A DNA stretch of 45,203 bases from a virus. Numbering within the stretch: position 1 is the first letter of the stretch; every line of letters begins with the position of its first letter. Below the pieces are notes generated by a model. It did not search any database. It was not told the DNA's origin and worked only from the letters and a program-made list of their open reading frames with translations. Shown one piece after another: positions 25,201 to 33,221 of the stretch. A program made the position numbers and the translations under genes. The DNA lies in IMG/VR virus record IMGVR_UViG_3300028612_001124. The stretch is one strand, 5' to 3'.

Positions 25201-28200
25201 TCCGCCGCGCAGGGGGCGTCTGCCGTCCGCCGCGACCCGGTCGCGGTCTTTTACTTCTTGCCCTTCAAAAATGAACTGTTCTCCCTGGTCAGTCTGTTCT
25301 GTTGTTGACGAACGATTTCGAGTGCGCGCGCCAGCTTCTTCTTCCCTGCTTGTTTGGCTGGCACCTTCAGCATCTTCTCCAGCAGGGCGATCCTCTTGTC
25401 GTTCATCTCGATTCGTTTCCGCCGCGACATTTCCACTGTAAATATCCTCCATGTCCAAGAAGGGATCAAAAAACTCCCCATACGTTTCGGGGTCATCCTC
25501 AATCACCTCGCGCGCCAGACGATCTGCTTCCTCGTTTTCGCGTGCCGTTTGGTCTTCTTCGGCACGGCGCTGTGCATCAAATTCAGGACTTCTAGCACGC
25601 GCCTCAAGGTCTTCCAGACGAAAACGGTTGTCTTCGGTGATTCCAGCGTTTTGATCTGCGATAGCCTGGTCGTCAACAGTCCTTTGAATGTCGCCACGCG
25701 AATGACTGTCGAGAAGGTTTATAAGATCGTTTACGGTCGGACCATCAACGGGCAGTTGGTTGGTTCCGGGGCTGTAAGCGTCAACCCCCGGAAAAGTATA
25801 ACCAGCCACCCACGCATCGAAGGCGGCAAGGTCAAGCTGAACGCCATCCTTCCTAACTAAGCCTGGAAAGGCTCCGTCGAGCGTTTTAGTCACACTGTTG
25901 TCGAGGTCTTTAATCCCCAACTTGCGGAGAAATCCAAGAAGCGTCGGCTGACTGGTTTTGCGAAGTGGGGTGGGCTTGAAGGCGGTAAGCCTGTCCTCGG
26001 CGCTGTCTGTCTGGTCTCGCGGCCCAGGAATCCCTAATAGCGGTTTCCGGGGGGTTTCTGCCTGACCTGTCTGGTCCGCTTCGTTCGCCTGTGCTTGGTC
26101 ATCCGCACGGTTAATTTCCTGAACCGTAAAAGCATCTTGACCAAACGGATGATTGGCAATGTCGAAAACCTGTCGCTTGGATCCGCCTTTGTTCAGGACA
26201 TCGACAATATATCTGGCGGCTTTGATTTGACTTGCGAACCGAACCGGGCCGCCCCGGTCTGACCGCACATATCCAAATTCGTCTGTATCGTATATCCCGT
26301 CCTGATCCGGGTCGGCAGCATTCTCGCCAAATACGCTTTCGTCTGCCGCGCGGGAATACTTGTCTTCGGCCCGGCGGGAACTACTTTCGGCGCGCGCCTT
26401 TGCTTCCTCCCTGGCGCGGGCGTTCTGCTCCCAACGGCTCATCAGGTCGTCGATTTGCTCATCGCGCGCCGCGTTGGCCTGCTCGTTTGCGCGGCCCTCG
26501 AAAAATTCAGCCTGGGTCTGTGGGTCGCGGTCACTATCCGAACGCACGCCCTGATCCACGGTCTGATCGCGGCCTTGCTCAAAGTCGGCCTTGAAGGGTC
26601 TGTCTGAAGTCCCTGTAGCTATCGTGGCGTCATCCTGGGGCCGCGTGGGTGAGCTTGTCGGGCCTACCGGGGCCACGTCTCCTTCACGAACAGGGACGCC
26701 ATCAGCATCAACGCGAGGGCCACTCTCGGTTAGGACGGGGGTGGTGTCCTTGCCTTCAATGCGCCGGTCTTCTTGAGCGCGCAGCACATCTCGTAACCGC
26801 CGCTGATGCTCAAGCGACTCCGGCAAAACCCCTAACTCATCCTGAATCGCCCGGCGTTCTGCGTCGGTAAGGTCTGCGTTCTGCGCCCGCCCAGCTTCCG
26901 TGCCTCGGCTCGCGCTGTCCCGCCCTTCAACGGCGGTAAGTCCGGTCTGTGTGGCCTGACCCTGCTCGATGACATCGGGCCGTGTAACTTTCTGCGGCAA
27001 GTCCTTAGCAAAGGACGGGTCAATAAAGGGATCCCCAAATTCTCCCGTTGGCTCAAGAGACATGCCCTCTACAATTTTTGCAACGCGCTTTTCTTCGGTG
27101 ATAGCAGGACCGTCTTTGCGCTCCTGTTTTAAGCGTTCCCTACGCGCTTTAGGGTCAGCCACGCGGGGCGCACTCGGCGGCGGATTCAGCCCGGCAGCGT
27201 TGAGCTCCCGCTGCCGGGCTTCCTCGACTCGCTCGGCCACGAACGCTCGCCGTTCTGGCGTCATTGCCGCCAGTTGCTCGTCTGTCATACCTAGAGATTG
27301 CAGAATTTCATTTATCGACGGGTCTTCCTGAGCCGCGTCCTGAATGTCCTTTAGAAGGATTTCTTCTTCCGGTTTGCGAACGCGCGCCGCAACCTTTTTT
27401 CTGGCCCTTTGAACGCCAACAAGAACTTCAACCGGCGCACCAAACGCACCGCCGATCATTTCCATGGCAACTTCACCGCCATCCGCCTTGCCGGTGGAAG
27501 CTATGCCGGCAGTAGCCTCTCCCGCGCCTTCATAGAGACTCTGGACAGCTATCTGCGTGGGGGCGTTTACAGCTTGCTGCGCCACCCTGGATTTCAGGCC
27601 GGGGGTAAACACCTTGCCAAAATTCACACCACCGGTTTTCATTCCAAGCATTTGAAAAAGAGTTATTGCCGCACCGCGCGCCATACCGAACTTTTCCAAC
27701 TCACGAATTGAGTCAGGGTTTTGCAGCGCCGATAAAATTTGTTCTGTATTTTGAGGATCAACTCCAATCGACCTAAATCCCTCGCTAAGCGACGCAGCTT
27801 TTTCGGTTCCAAACGTAACCCCAGCCCCCAAGACAGGGTTGACAAGCCACGCCAAGAACGCCGGCGCGAACGTCATAAAGCTAGGGATGCCGATTTCAGC
27901 GGCAGTCCGCGCCATGTCTCCAGCAGGAGCCTTAAAAAACTCCCCAAGGCCACTGGCCGCAGACTCGAAAAAACCCTGTTCAACGCCCTCCGGGTTATCC
28001 TCGGTGAAATCCACGGGAGCATAGGCTTTTTCAAGAATCCCCTTGGTCGTATCGCTGCGCGGAACCGCCGTAGCGGATGAACGCGCGGCGACAGACAAGG
28101 ACATAGCCTCGGCAAGGCGTTCTTGGCTGGTCTGAATAAATTGTGCGCGCTTCTCCCGGTCGAGAACCCGCCCGCGTGTCAGTGTTCCGCCTGGATCACG

Positions 28201-28452
28201 TTGATGTAGCCGTTCCATTGCACCTTGCATGTCAAAGGCATCTGCAATATTTCCAACCTCATTGGCAATATTGATACCCTTCGCCAGCGGCAAAATCTGC
28301 GCGTTATTAAATATTTCGACGACCTGATCCACACCGACGCCGGCAAACGTGCTGAAAAGGTCGCCAATGCCACCGGCAGACGATGAGGGCGGGCCGGCTG
28401 GCCCGCCCATAAGCAAATCCACCTTGGCTTGAAGATCGTCATCAAGTTTCAT
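22300..28452 (-). CDS. Giant internal virion / DNA-ejection protein (2,050 aa; T7 gp16-like by position)
   Basis: A 6.15-kb uninterrupted ORF downstream of the gp13/14/15-like genes. It has N-terminal hydrophobic segments, a long charged low-complexity middle and a C-terminal membrane-like region. I could read no catalytic motif. Confidence 0.7.
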   Translation of the reverse strand: MKLDDDLQAKVDLLMGGPAGPPSSSAGGIGDLFSTFAGVGVDQVVEIFNNAQILPLAKGINIANEVGNIADAFDMQGAMERLHQRDPGGTLTRGRVLDREKRAQFIQTSQERLAEAMSLSVAARSSATAVPRSDTTKGILEKAYAPVDFTEDNPEGVEQGFFESAASGLGEFFKAPAGDMARTAAEIGIPSFMTFAPAFLAWLVNPVLGAGVTFGTEKAASLSEGFRSIGVDPQNTEQILSALQNPDSIRELEKFGMARGAAITLFQMLGMKTGGVNFGKVFTPGLKSRVAQQAVNAPTQIAVQSLYEGAGEATAGIASTGKADGGEVAMEMIGGAFGAPVEVLVGVQRARKKVAARVRKPEEEILLKDIQDAAQEDPSINEILQSLGMTDEQLAAMTPERRAFVAERVEEARQRELNAAGLNPPPSAPRVADPKARRERLKQERKDGPAITEEKRVAKIVEGMSLEPTGEFGDPFIDPSFAKDLPQKVTRPDVIEQGQATQTGLTAVEGRDSASRGTEAGRAQNADLTDAERRAIQDELGVLPESLEHQRRLRDVLRAQEDRRIEGKDTTPVLTESGPRVDADGVPVREGDVAPVGPTSSPTRPQDDATIATGTSDRPFKADFEQGRDQTVDQGVRSDSDRDPQTQAEFFEGRANEQANAARDEQIDDLMSRWEQNARAREEAKARAESSSRRAEDKYSRAADESVFGENAADPDQDGIYDTDEFGYVRSDRGGPVRFASQIKAARYIVDVLNKGGSKRQVFDIANHPFGQDAFTVQEINRADDQAQANEADQTGQAETPRKPLLGIPGPRDQTDSAEDRLTAFKPTPLRKTSQPTLLGFLRKLGIKDLDNSVTKTLDGAFPGLVRKDGVQLDLAAFDAWVAGYTFPGVDAYSPGTNQLPVDGPTVNDLINLLDSHSRGDIQRTVDDQAIADQNAGITEDNRFRLEDLEARARSPEFDAQRRAEEDQTARENEEADRLAREVIEDDPETYGEFFDPFLDMEDIYSGNVAAETNRDERQEDRPAGEDAEGASQTSREEEAGARTRNRSSTTEQTDQGEQFIFEGQEVKDRDRVAADGRRPLRGGDERPGGLFDAKDDSRQTDIEDEQSPFLEDTTERAETAAEEAAARQKRLNTPPEHVQTLLDETNAKTEDDVRFSMDALLSEREAIHEDIDREPSDATIEKLESLETEIARHIDALGWFNQTPDERAASAVRDTFYSNPISDPRVWKNLGETIARIIGVDKNSLDRWADGIREDVKSFTDKDTASGMARDAGSAGTSIGRGLARLVRITAWTNDAVIRAVGSKIARAGEKIHPVVQRLADMFFATALGRSENAVPQTYQEAVQAEFYGTSARLAKALEPFENLTSKEIREAHKQIIRKIRSGRILKDGGSIDKAAAAIRDILNDQLEYMRKAGIEIGKIKNYFPRVMDMGRVLKAPEKFRQKAMELAQRHMDMTLTEAKAFADSWLEQITLSDLGFSAPNGNDFVSVSAGQRANFEKLRKLPPAADTVMEEFYINNLAEALPLYFRRAARRSEWSRRMGPNLEVWKEIKAEMMEAGATAMDIHDVVRALQSSTGSLPSPTSRFLTFSSFLRTLNSLTFLDHATISSLSEPAVAASRTGNAGDALTAYAWTIRSIVARLNEGIFGVNPDDKVAAATALAEDLNLIPGLQTDMLLEQRVDGETQGRFAQKILRGFFKGIGLHDFTEATRIASMRIGQQFLKRISTDIVGETRIDRKKSADVLAKELGIPTDRQAEFAKWVLDNNGSPDIDAINVNGEMGQFYRTAVMRFVSQVIMGPTGSNKPRMATHPYFGLFYQLTGFLYAFQVNVVNRSVRGTFKALNPKGKLNAADRLRMLAPLSLLSLAVLAQVPLVDLRDWMLDNPARDPKKKKRTDASKWWLATSRSGALGVADLPINLVTGIKYRKDPATALLGPELGLLSELFSSTIAAILSNSDKTNTAERRMSKLVYDVAINPLLNMIGSRIPGTKTSRSFIGAGIIQGAGHPAVREGLVSEVAGKPGWKTRKPKGSGPRRYVPRRARQSRFKAQQSRF

Positions 28453-28457
28453 TTGAA

Positions 28458-30185
28458 TTACTGACCGCCTGCTTTACTAAAATTCCTCGCCGTTTGCTCT
28501 GCCCACTGCTCAAAAAGTTTACTTAGACGGGGCACCCACTTTGGATCAATCCCGATTTCATTCGTGGTTAAATAGCCAGGGTCGGAAAAAACCCCACCTT
28601 CTTTAAGGTCTGAAACAGCCTTCCTGACGGCTTGCTGTGACGTCATATCGGTGCGGCGCAGATAGGCTTCGGCAAGCTCTGCCACTACTTCGAAAACAGC
28701 GGGTTCGATTTCGTCTTCGTCGCCGGGGAATTGCTGTTTGATTAGTTCCTTAACGCCCTCAACAACCATCCCCGTCTTGGTATCGTGAAGAAAAAGAACA
28801 TTGCCCGGATCGACATATCTGCGAGGATTTTCCGCCCCCTCCTCCACGGTCATTAACACAATCTCGCCCGTTCTCCGGTCATGAAATTCATGTCGCTTGG
28901 GACCGGCCCCGGATCTTTTCTGGCTTGGAGTCATCGGCGCGGCTGCATAAACTGAAGCCACCGTGTTAGCCGGCGGAATGTCCGCGCGCGGTCCCGGCAG
29001 AAGCGCTTCACCCGGTACTGGAACGGTTGGGATGGGCTGAAATTCCGGGGCGAGGTACTGCACATGGCCAGGGGCGAGGTTCGGATTGTTAAGGCCCAGG
29101 ACAGCTAATTCATGGGCGGCGGCATTGTCTGCCGCATTGGTCGCAAACGACCCGGCAATCGAAGCATCGTTGCGTTCGCCTTCGGCGGCTAGGCTCAGAT
29201 TATGCCGCTCCCCAAGCCCAACAATAGAAGCGGCATGGCGAGTGGCCTCGGCGGAAAGGCTAAAAGCGTGCCGCTCCCCAAGCCCAACAATGGAAGCGGC
29301 ATAGCGAGTGGCCTCGGCAATAATCTTAGCGGTGTCGCGTTCACCCTCTCCGACTATCGAGGCGGCATGGCGAACGGCCTCGGCGGCTAGAGATTCAGTT
29401 TGCCGCGCACCAAGCCCGGCGACACTGGCGGCGTGGCGTGCCGCCTTGGCGGCTAGACTGACGATACTACGTTCGGCCTTTCCGACATTATCGGCGGAGT
29501 TAGTCGCAACAGCCCTGATGTTATCAGCCGTATTCGTTGTGACAGCCCTGATGTTATCAGCGGCGTTTCGCTTAAACAGCCCGACTATATCGGCGGAGTT
29601 AGTCGTAACAGCCCTGGCGTTATCAGCCGTATTCGTTGTGACAGCCCTGATGTTATTGGCAATATTGGTCGTAACAGCCCTGGCGTTATCAGCGGCGTTT
29701 CGCGCAAACCGTCCCGCAATACCAGCATCATTCTCTACCGCAGATGCCGCATAATAATTTCGGTTCAGCCTGTCATGACCTTCGAGAGAAATCGCATTCC
29801 CGCGTGGTACGGCCTTCCCCGCGCCGGCAAACGCCCGGAATCGCGCGTCCTCTGAAGTGCCGGGGGTGTTTTGTACGAGCGAATTGAAGATCGCCCCAAT
29901 CTTGGACCCGTCACCGCCGCCCTGTATCCGATTCATTAAAAGCGAAGACAGTGCGTTCTGAACCCCCTCCGGCATCGAAAAATCAAACGCATCAACGACA
30001 CCACCAAAGTTGTTGCGCGCGTCCGCGTATCCCCTCAAGTCAGATGTCTTCTGATCCAGCCATGCGGCGCGCGCGTCGTTGGCCTTATCTGCCGCAGACG
30101 GGCCTCTGATCGCACCGGTAAGCGACTGAAAGGCGTCTGCGATTCTTTCGTTCAAGAAGAACGGCGATGCAAAATGCGATGCCAT
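28458..30185 (-). CDS. Internal virion protein with 11- and 22-residue tandem repeats (gp15-like by position)
   Basis: ORF track. The start shares one base with the upstream stop (TAATG). Confidence 0.7.
   Translation of the reverse strand: MASHFASPFFLNERIADAFQSLTGAIRGPSAADKANDARAAWLDQKTSDLRGYADARNNFGGVVDAFDFSMPEGVQNALSSLLMNRIQGGGDGSKIGAIFNSLVQNTPGTSEDARFRAFAGAGKAVPRGNAISLEGHDRLNRNYYAASAVENDAGIAGRFARNAADNARAVTTNIANNIRAVTTNTADNARAVTTNSADIVGLFKRNAADNIRAVTTNTADNIRAVATNSADNVGKAERSIVSLAAKAARHAASVAGLGARQTESLAAEAVRHAASIVGEGERDTAKIIAEATRYAASIVGLGERHAFSLSAEATRHAASIVGLGERHNLSLAAEGERNDASIAGSFATNAADNAAAHELAVLGLNNPNLAPGHVQYLAPEFQPIPTVPVPGEALLPGPRADIPPANTVASVYAAAPMTPSQKRSGAGPKRHEFHDRRTGEIVLMTVEEGAENPRRYVDPGNVLFLHDTKTGMVVEGVKELIKQQFPGDEDEIEPAVFEVVAELAEAYLRRTDMTSQQAVRKAVSDLKEGGVFSDPGYLTTNEIGIDPKWVPRLSKLFEQWAEQTARNFSKAGGQ
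29130..29693 (-). repeat. Coding tandem repeats: 7 x 11 aa (ADNxRAVTTNx) then 5 x 22 aa (SLAAEAxRHAASIVGLGERHxx)
   Basis: Read from the translation. The DNA units of 33 and 66 nt are visibly repeated. Confidence 0.9.
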
Positions 30186-30946
30186 TATGGCACCAGGAAG
30201 CTGGAAAAATTAGGACGGAGCGGCGGCATAAAGCCTCCGAAGTTGGTATAAGGATTAAACCCAGGCCCACCGGCAAAAATCTTCCCGAAGCCAAATTCAT
30301 CCCCCGCGCCTAGTGGCCCCAAGACGCTTGGTGTAGCAATCGTACCTACCGTAGTGGGGGCAGACACCGGCATACCGTATACCGCGCTACCCAGTTTCAG
30401 TAGATCGCCCAAAGCCCGCAGACCGGCACCTCTCTTTGAAGCCGCCTGAAGTTCAAGCGGGACAATCCCCGCAGATCCGCGCGCAAAATTCCCCTGCTGC
30501 TGAACAACATTTCCTGTGCGGACCAGATCACGATTGCGGCCCATAAGGGTATCGTTGAAGGCATTCGCAATACCAAACCGCTTCGTGTCTCCGGCGCTGT
30601 CGATTGCCTGTTCGCTTCTTTCGCGGTTGATGTCGGACGAAATCACCTTGGGCGCGCGATTCAATCCGGTCGGCTCCTGTGCCGCAGTGGATGGAGTCTC
30701 GTCCTGAATCTTCTGTGCGTTGTTCCCAATGCGCCGCGCGCGCTCGGAAGTCGCGGTCTTGAAGACATTGGCGTCAAAATCTTCGATATTTTCGTCAACA
30801 AAAGACCGCCCCGTGTCCTCGTACCCACGCCGGCGGATGCCCTCGGCTGTGATGACGCCGCGCCGGGCTTTCTCGGCCTTGCTTTGCCCCATCTGTTGCA
30901 ACGCAAAACCGCCGAGAGACATAGCTATTGAAACTGGATCACACAT
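30185..30946 (-). CDS. Internal virion protein, T7 gp14-like
   Basis: The N-terminus MCDPVSIAMSLGGFALQQMGQSKAEKA resembles T7 gp14 MCWAAAIPIAISGAQAISGQNAQAK as I recall it. Position fits. Confidence 0.55.
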   Translation of the reverse strand: MCDPVSIAMSLGGFALQQMGQSKAEKARRGVITAEGIRRRGYEDTGRSFVDENIEDFDANVFKTATSERARRIGNNAQKIQDETPSTAAQEPTGLNRAPKVISSDINRERSEQAIDSAGDTKRFGIANAFNDTLMGRNRDLVRTGNVVQQQGNFARGSAGIVPLELQAASKRGAGLRALGDLLKLGSAVYGMPVSAPTTVGTIATPSVLGPLGAGDEFGFGKIFAGGPGFNPYTNFGGFMPPLRPNFSSFLVP

Positions 30947-30956
30947 TGTCGGTTTC

Positions 30957-31562
30957 CTACGCTACAATTCGAGAAGATCCGCCTGAAGATGGCGCAAACA
31001 AACGAGCGCCAAAATTTGTATTCCCATCACGTCTTGCTTCGATTCCCTGACCAATACCAAAGGCAATGTCAGTGAAGGCCGCGCCAAGCGGACCAACTGT
31101 GGGGGCCAACGCTAATTGCTGTTGCCGGGCCGCAGCGGACGACGCTGCCGCGCCTGGATCAGCCGTCGCGGTCAATATTTGGATCAGGTTGGACCGGGCT
31201 GACTCAACGGCGCTGCGCGCTGCGTTGCCAGCTTGCCTGCCGCGATCAGCCACCGCCAAGCGCGCGCGCGCGTCTTCACGATCCAGCCGGGCGAACCGCT
31301 TTCCGCGCGTACTGGAATTAAGTTGGCCGGCGTTTGCCAGGGAATAAATCAGTCGGCGAGTCGCGTCAGCCTTCTGTTCATTTAGCTGCGGTAACAGGAA
31401 ATCGACAGTAGCATTTTCACGCTCCAAATAAAACTTGTCATCAAAGCCAGCGAAATTAGTGTTGATCTGATCTGTGCCTGTTTTAATGCGGCCTTGCCGC
31501 GCCATTTCTTCAGCGCGCGCCTCGCCTGCGCCGCCATCTCCGCCGCCCAATCCGATACACAT
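30957..31562 (-). CDS. Internal virion protein (201 aa), second MC-start paralogue-like protein
   Basis: MCIGLGGGDGGAG..., Ala/Arg-rich helical. Position in the ejection-protein block. Confidence 0.5.
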   Translation of the reverse strand: MCIGLGGGDGGAGEARAEEMARQGRIKTGTDQINTNFAGFDDKFYLERENATVDFLLPQLNEQKADATRRLIYSLANAGQLNSSTRGKRFARLDREDARARLAVADRGRQAGNAARSAVESARSNLIQILTATADPGAAASSAAARQQQLALAPTVGPLGAAFTDIAFGIGQGIEARRDGNTNFGARLFAPSSGGSSRIVA

Positions 31563-32068
31563 TAGAAGCCCTTTCCGAATTTAAGCGCCCCGTCACGGTC
31601 CCTGAACCAAGAGAAAACGATGAAATCCTCGCCGCCCTTGCCGAAACCTTCAAGCCTGACCCTGTTTCTCATTCCCAAGAACTCAATCCACTTATGCGCT
31701 GTATGATGACCTTCGATAGATCGGCACTCAATGCGCCTTGCTCCAATACGATTGAGCATTGGAATTATAGCAGAGCAGATCACCTTTGTCAGCGGTGTAG
31801 ATATGTGTCTGAAATCGTCTGTCGCTATCATCATTACAGACCAGACAGACGGCCAAACCGGGATCCAGCCAACAATTGCAATGGGCACATCATTCATTTT
31901 TGCGATATACACGCTGTCAGGCTTTTCACCCCACCGGGCCGCCATGTCTTCAGCAATTTCGCGGCGATCATCGCTCCATGAGAGCGCACAAACCTCTCGA
32001 AAATCAGCATCACGCATGTTTAATGCGACATCGTACACGCTGTCTGGCGTGGCGCTATCCAGAATCAT
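31562..32068 (-). CDS. Virion-associated protein (168 aa), T7 gp13-like by position
   Basis: It sits between the nozzle genes and the gp14-like genes. The functional call rests on position only. Confidence 0.45.
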   Translation of the reverse strand: MILDSATPDSVYDVALNMRDADFREVCALSWSDDRREIAEDMAARWGEKPDSVYIAKMNDVPIAIVGWIPVWPSVWSVMMIATDDFRHISTPLTKVICSAIIPMLNRIGARRIECRSIEGHHTAHKWIEFLGMRNRVRLEGFGKGGEDFIVFSWFRDRDGALKFGKGF

Positions 32069-33221
32069 CTTTTGCGTAGTGCATAGCTATTGTTGATATT
32101 TTTGCCGCACCATCGGCGGTGCTGACAAACTGCAAACTGCCATGGCTTGAGCGACCGGCGGTGCTTACGCGCTGGTCTGGAAAGGTTGTTCGCGTAATAA
32201 CGGCAATCGTTTCAAGATCCGTCTGGTCTGCTGGATCAAGCCCCAATTTAACAGTCCAGGTGCCTTCAATTGCCGCATCTAATCCTGTCCACGATTTCAG
32301 CGCAGCGGGATCGTCGGCGTCCAGAAACGGGATCTCCACAGTGACCGTCGTGGAATCATAGGTGGTGCTATTATCCCCTCCGTACAAATACACCGTGTTG
32401 TCACCGCGAATATAAATTGCATCATTCTGTGTCACCATTTCATCAACATCGAACCCCGGCTTATAAGTTGACCAAGCTGAAATTTTTGAAGCGGGGAAGA
32501 ACGAGAAAACGTAAATTGTATCCTTGATTGCAAGCCAGAATCTTCCATCAACCGGCTCAACCGCCGAAACCGCAGCCTTGACCTGGGCCGCTGTCAGACT
32601 TTGCATGTGCGGGACGATAATCTCGTCGATTGCGCTTCCAACATCAGACACATGGGCCGAATTTGAACTATCTCTAGCGCGCAGACTGCGAACGCCACTA
32701 TCAGACAGATAAAAGACATCGGTATCACCGAAACTTTTAACCGACTCTGCCGCTACTGTGCCGGTGTTGTTTAAGATCTGAAGTTGCGTGTTGGTTGATT
32801 CGTCGGCATCGACAAACCATATCTGGACCGCGCGCCTGGAAAACACTGCGAGACGGTCAAAATATGTGGCAAGACTTACAAGAACCTCCGCCCCGGCGGC
32901 CTGATTCGCCATGTAGATCGAGCCGGCCCCAGTGTCGAGCGTGTTCCATTTGAGCGGCGCATCGACGCCGGAAAAATACAAGATTGATCCAGAGATGACG
33001 TAGACTTTGGATTTATACGCCAGCGCGAAAACGCCGGGAGGGACAGGATTGCCACCGGCTCCATACCGCGAACGGGCATCATTGCTGCCAAGCGTGATCG
33101 TAAATCTATCGCCAACCTCAAATGTCCCAGCGATCGTGACAGTATATTTCTGCGCGACGCCGGTAATCGCGTCCTTACCGTCCATCATGTGCGAGACAAC
33201 TGAGCCTGTTACAACTGTCAT
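32055..33221 (-). CDS. Tail nozzle (tubular protein B-like), C-terminal part
   Basis: ATGA overlap with the upstream ORF. Repeated beta-strand-rich blocks (e.g. VFYLSDSGVRSLRA) suggest a propeller-like fold. Confidence 0.5.
   Translation of the reverse strand: MTVVTGSVVSHMMDGKDAITGVAQKYTVTIAGTFEVGDRFTITLGSNDARSRYGAGGNPVPPGVFALAYKSKVYVISGSILYFSGVDAPLKWNTLDTGAGSIYMANQAAGAEVLVSLATYFDRLAVFSRRAVQIWFVDADESTNTQLQILNNTGTVAAESVKSFGDTDVFYLSDSGVRSLRARDSSNSAHVSDVGSAIDEIIVPHMQSLTAAQVKAAVSAVEPVDGRFWLAIKDTIYVFSFFPASKISAWSTYKPGFDVDEMVTQNDAIYIRGDNTVYLYGGDNSTTYDSTTVTVEIPFLDADDPAALKSWTGLDAAIEGTWTVKLGLDPADQTDLETIAVITRTTFPDQRVSTAGRSSHGSLQFVSTADGAAKISTIAMHYAKDDSG

Noticed and set aside
22312-28115. Numerous 60-170-aa ORFs on both strands inside 22300..28452
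   Set aside because: All are nested in the 6.15-kb continuous ORF. They have Arg/Ser/Pro-rich compositions typical of off-frame GC-rich translation.
29130-29693. CRISPR-like array (regular short repeats), also considered for the iterons at 9079..9130
   Set aside because: The 33- and 66-nt units are contiguous in-frame coding repeats with no unique spacers. The 9079..9130 units are 8-11 nt apart. Neither has CRISPR repeat/spacer geometry, and no cas genes are present apart from a stand-alone Cas4-like recombination nuclease.
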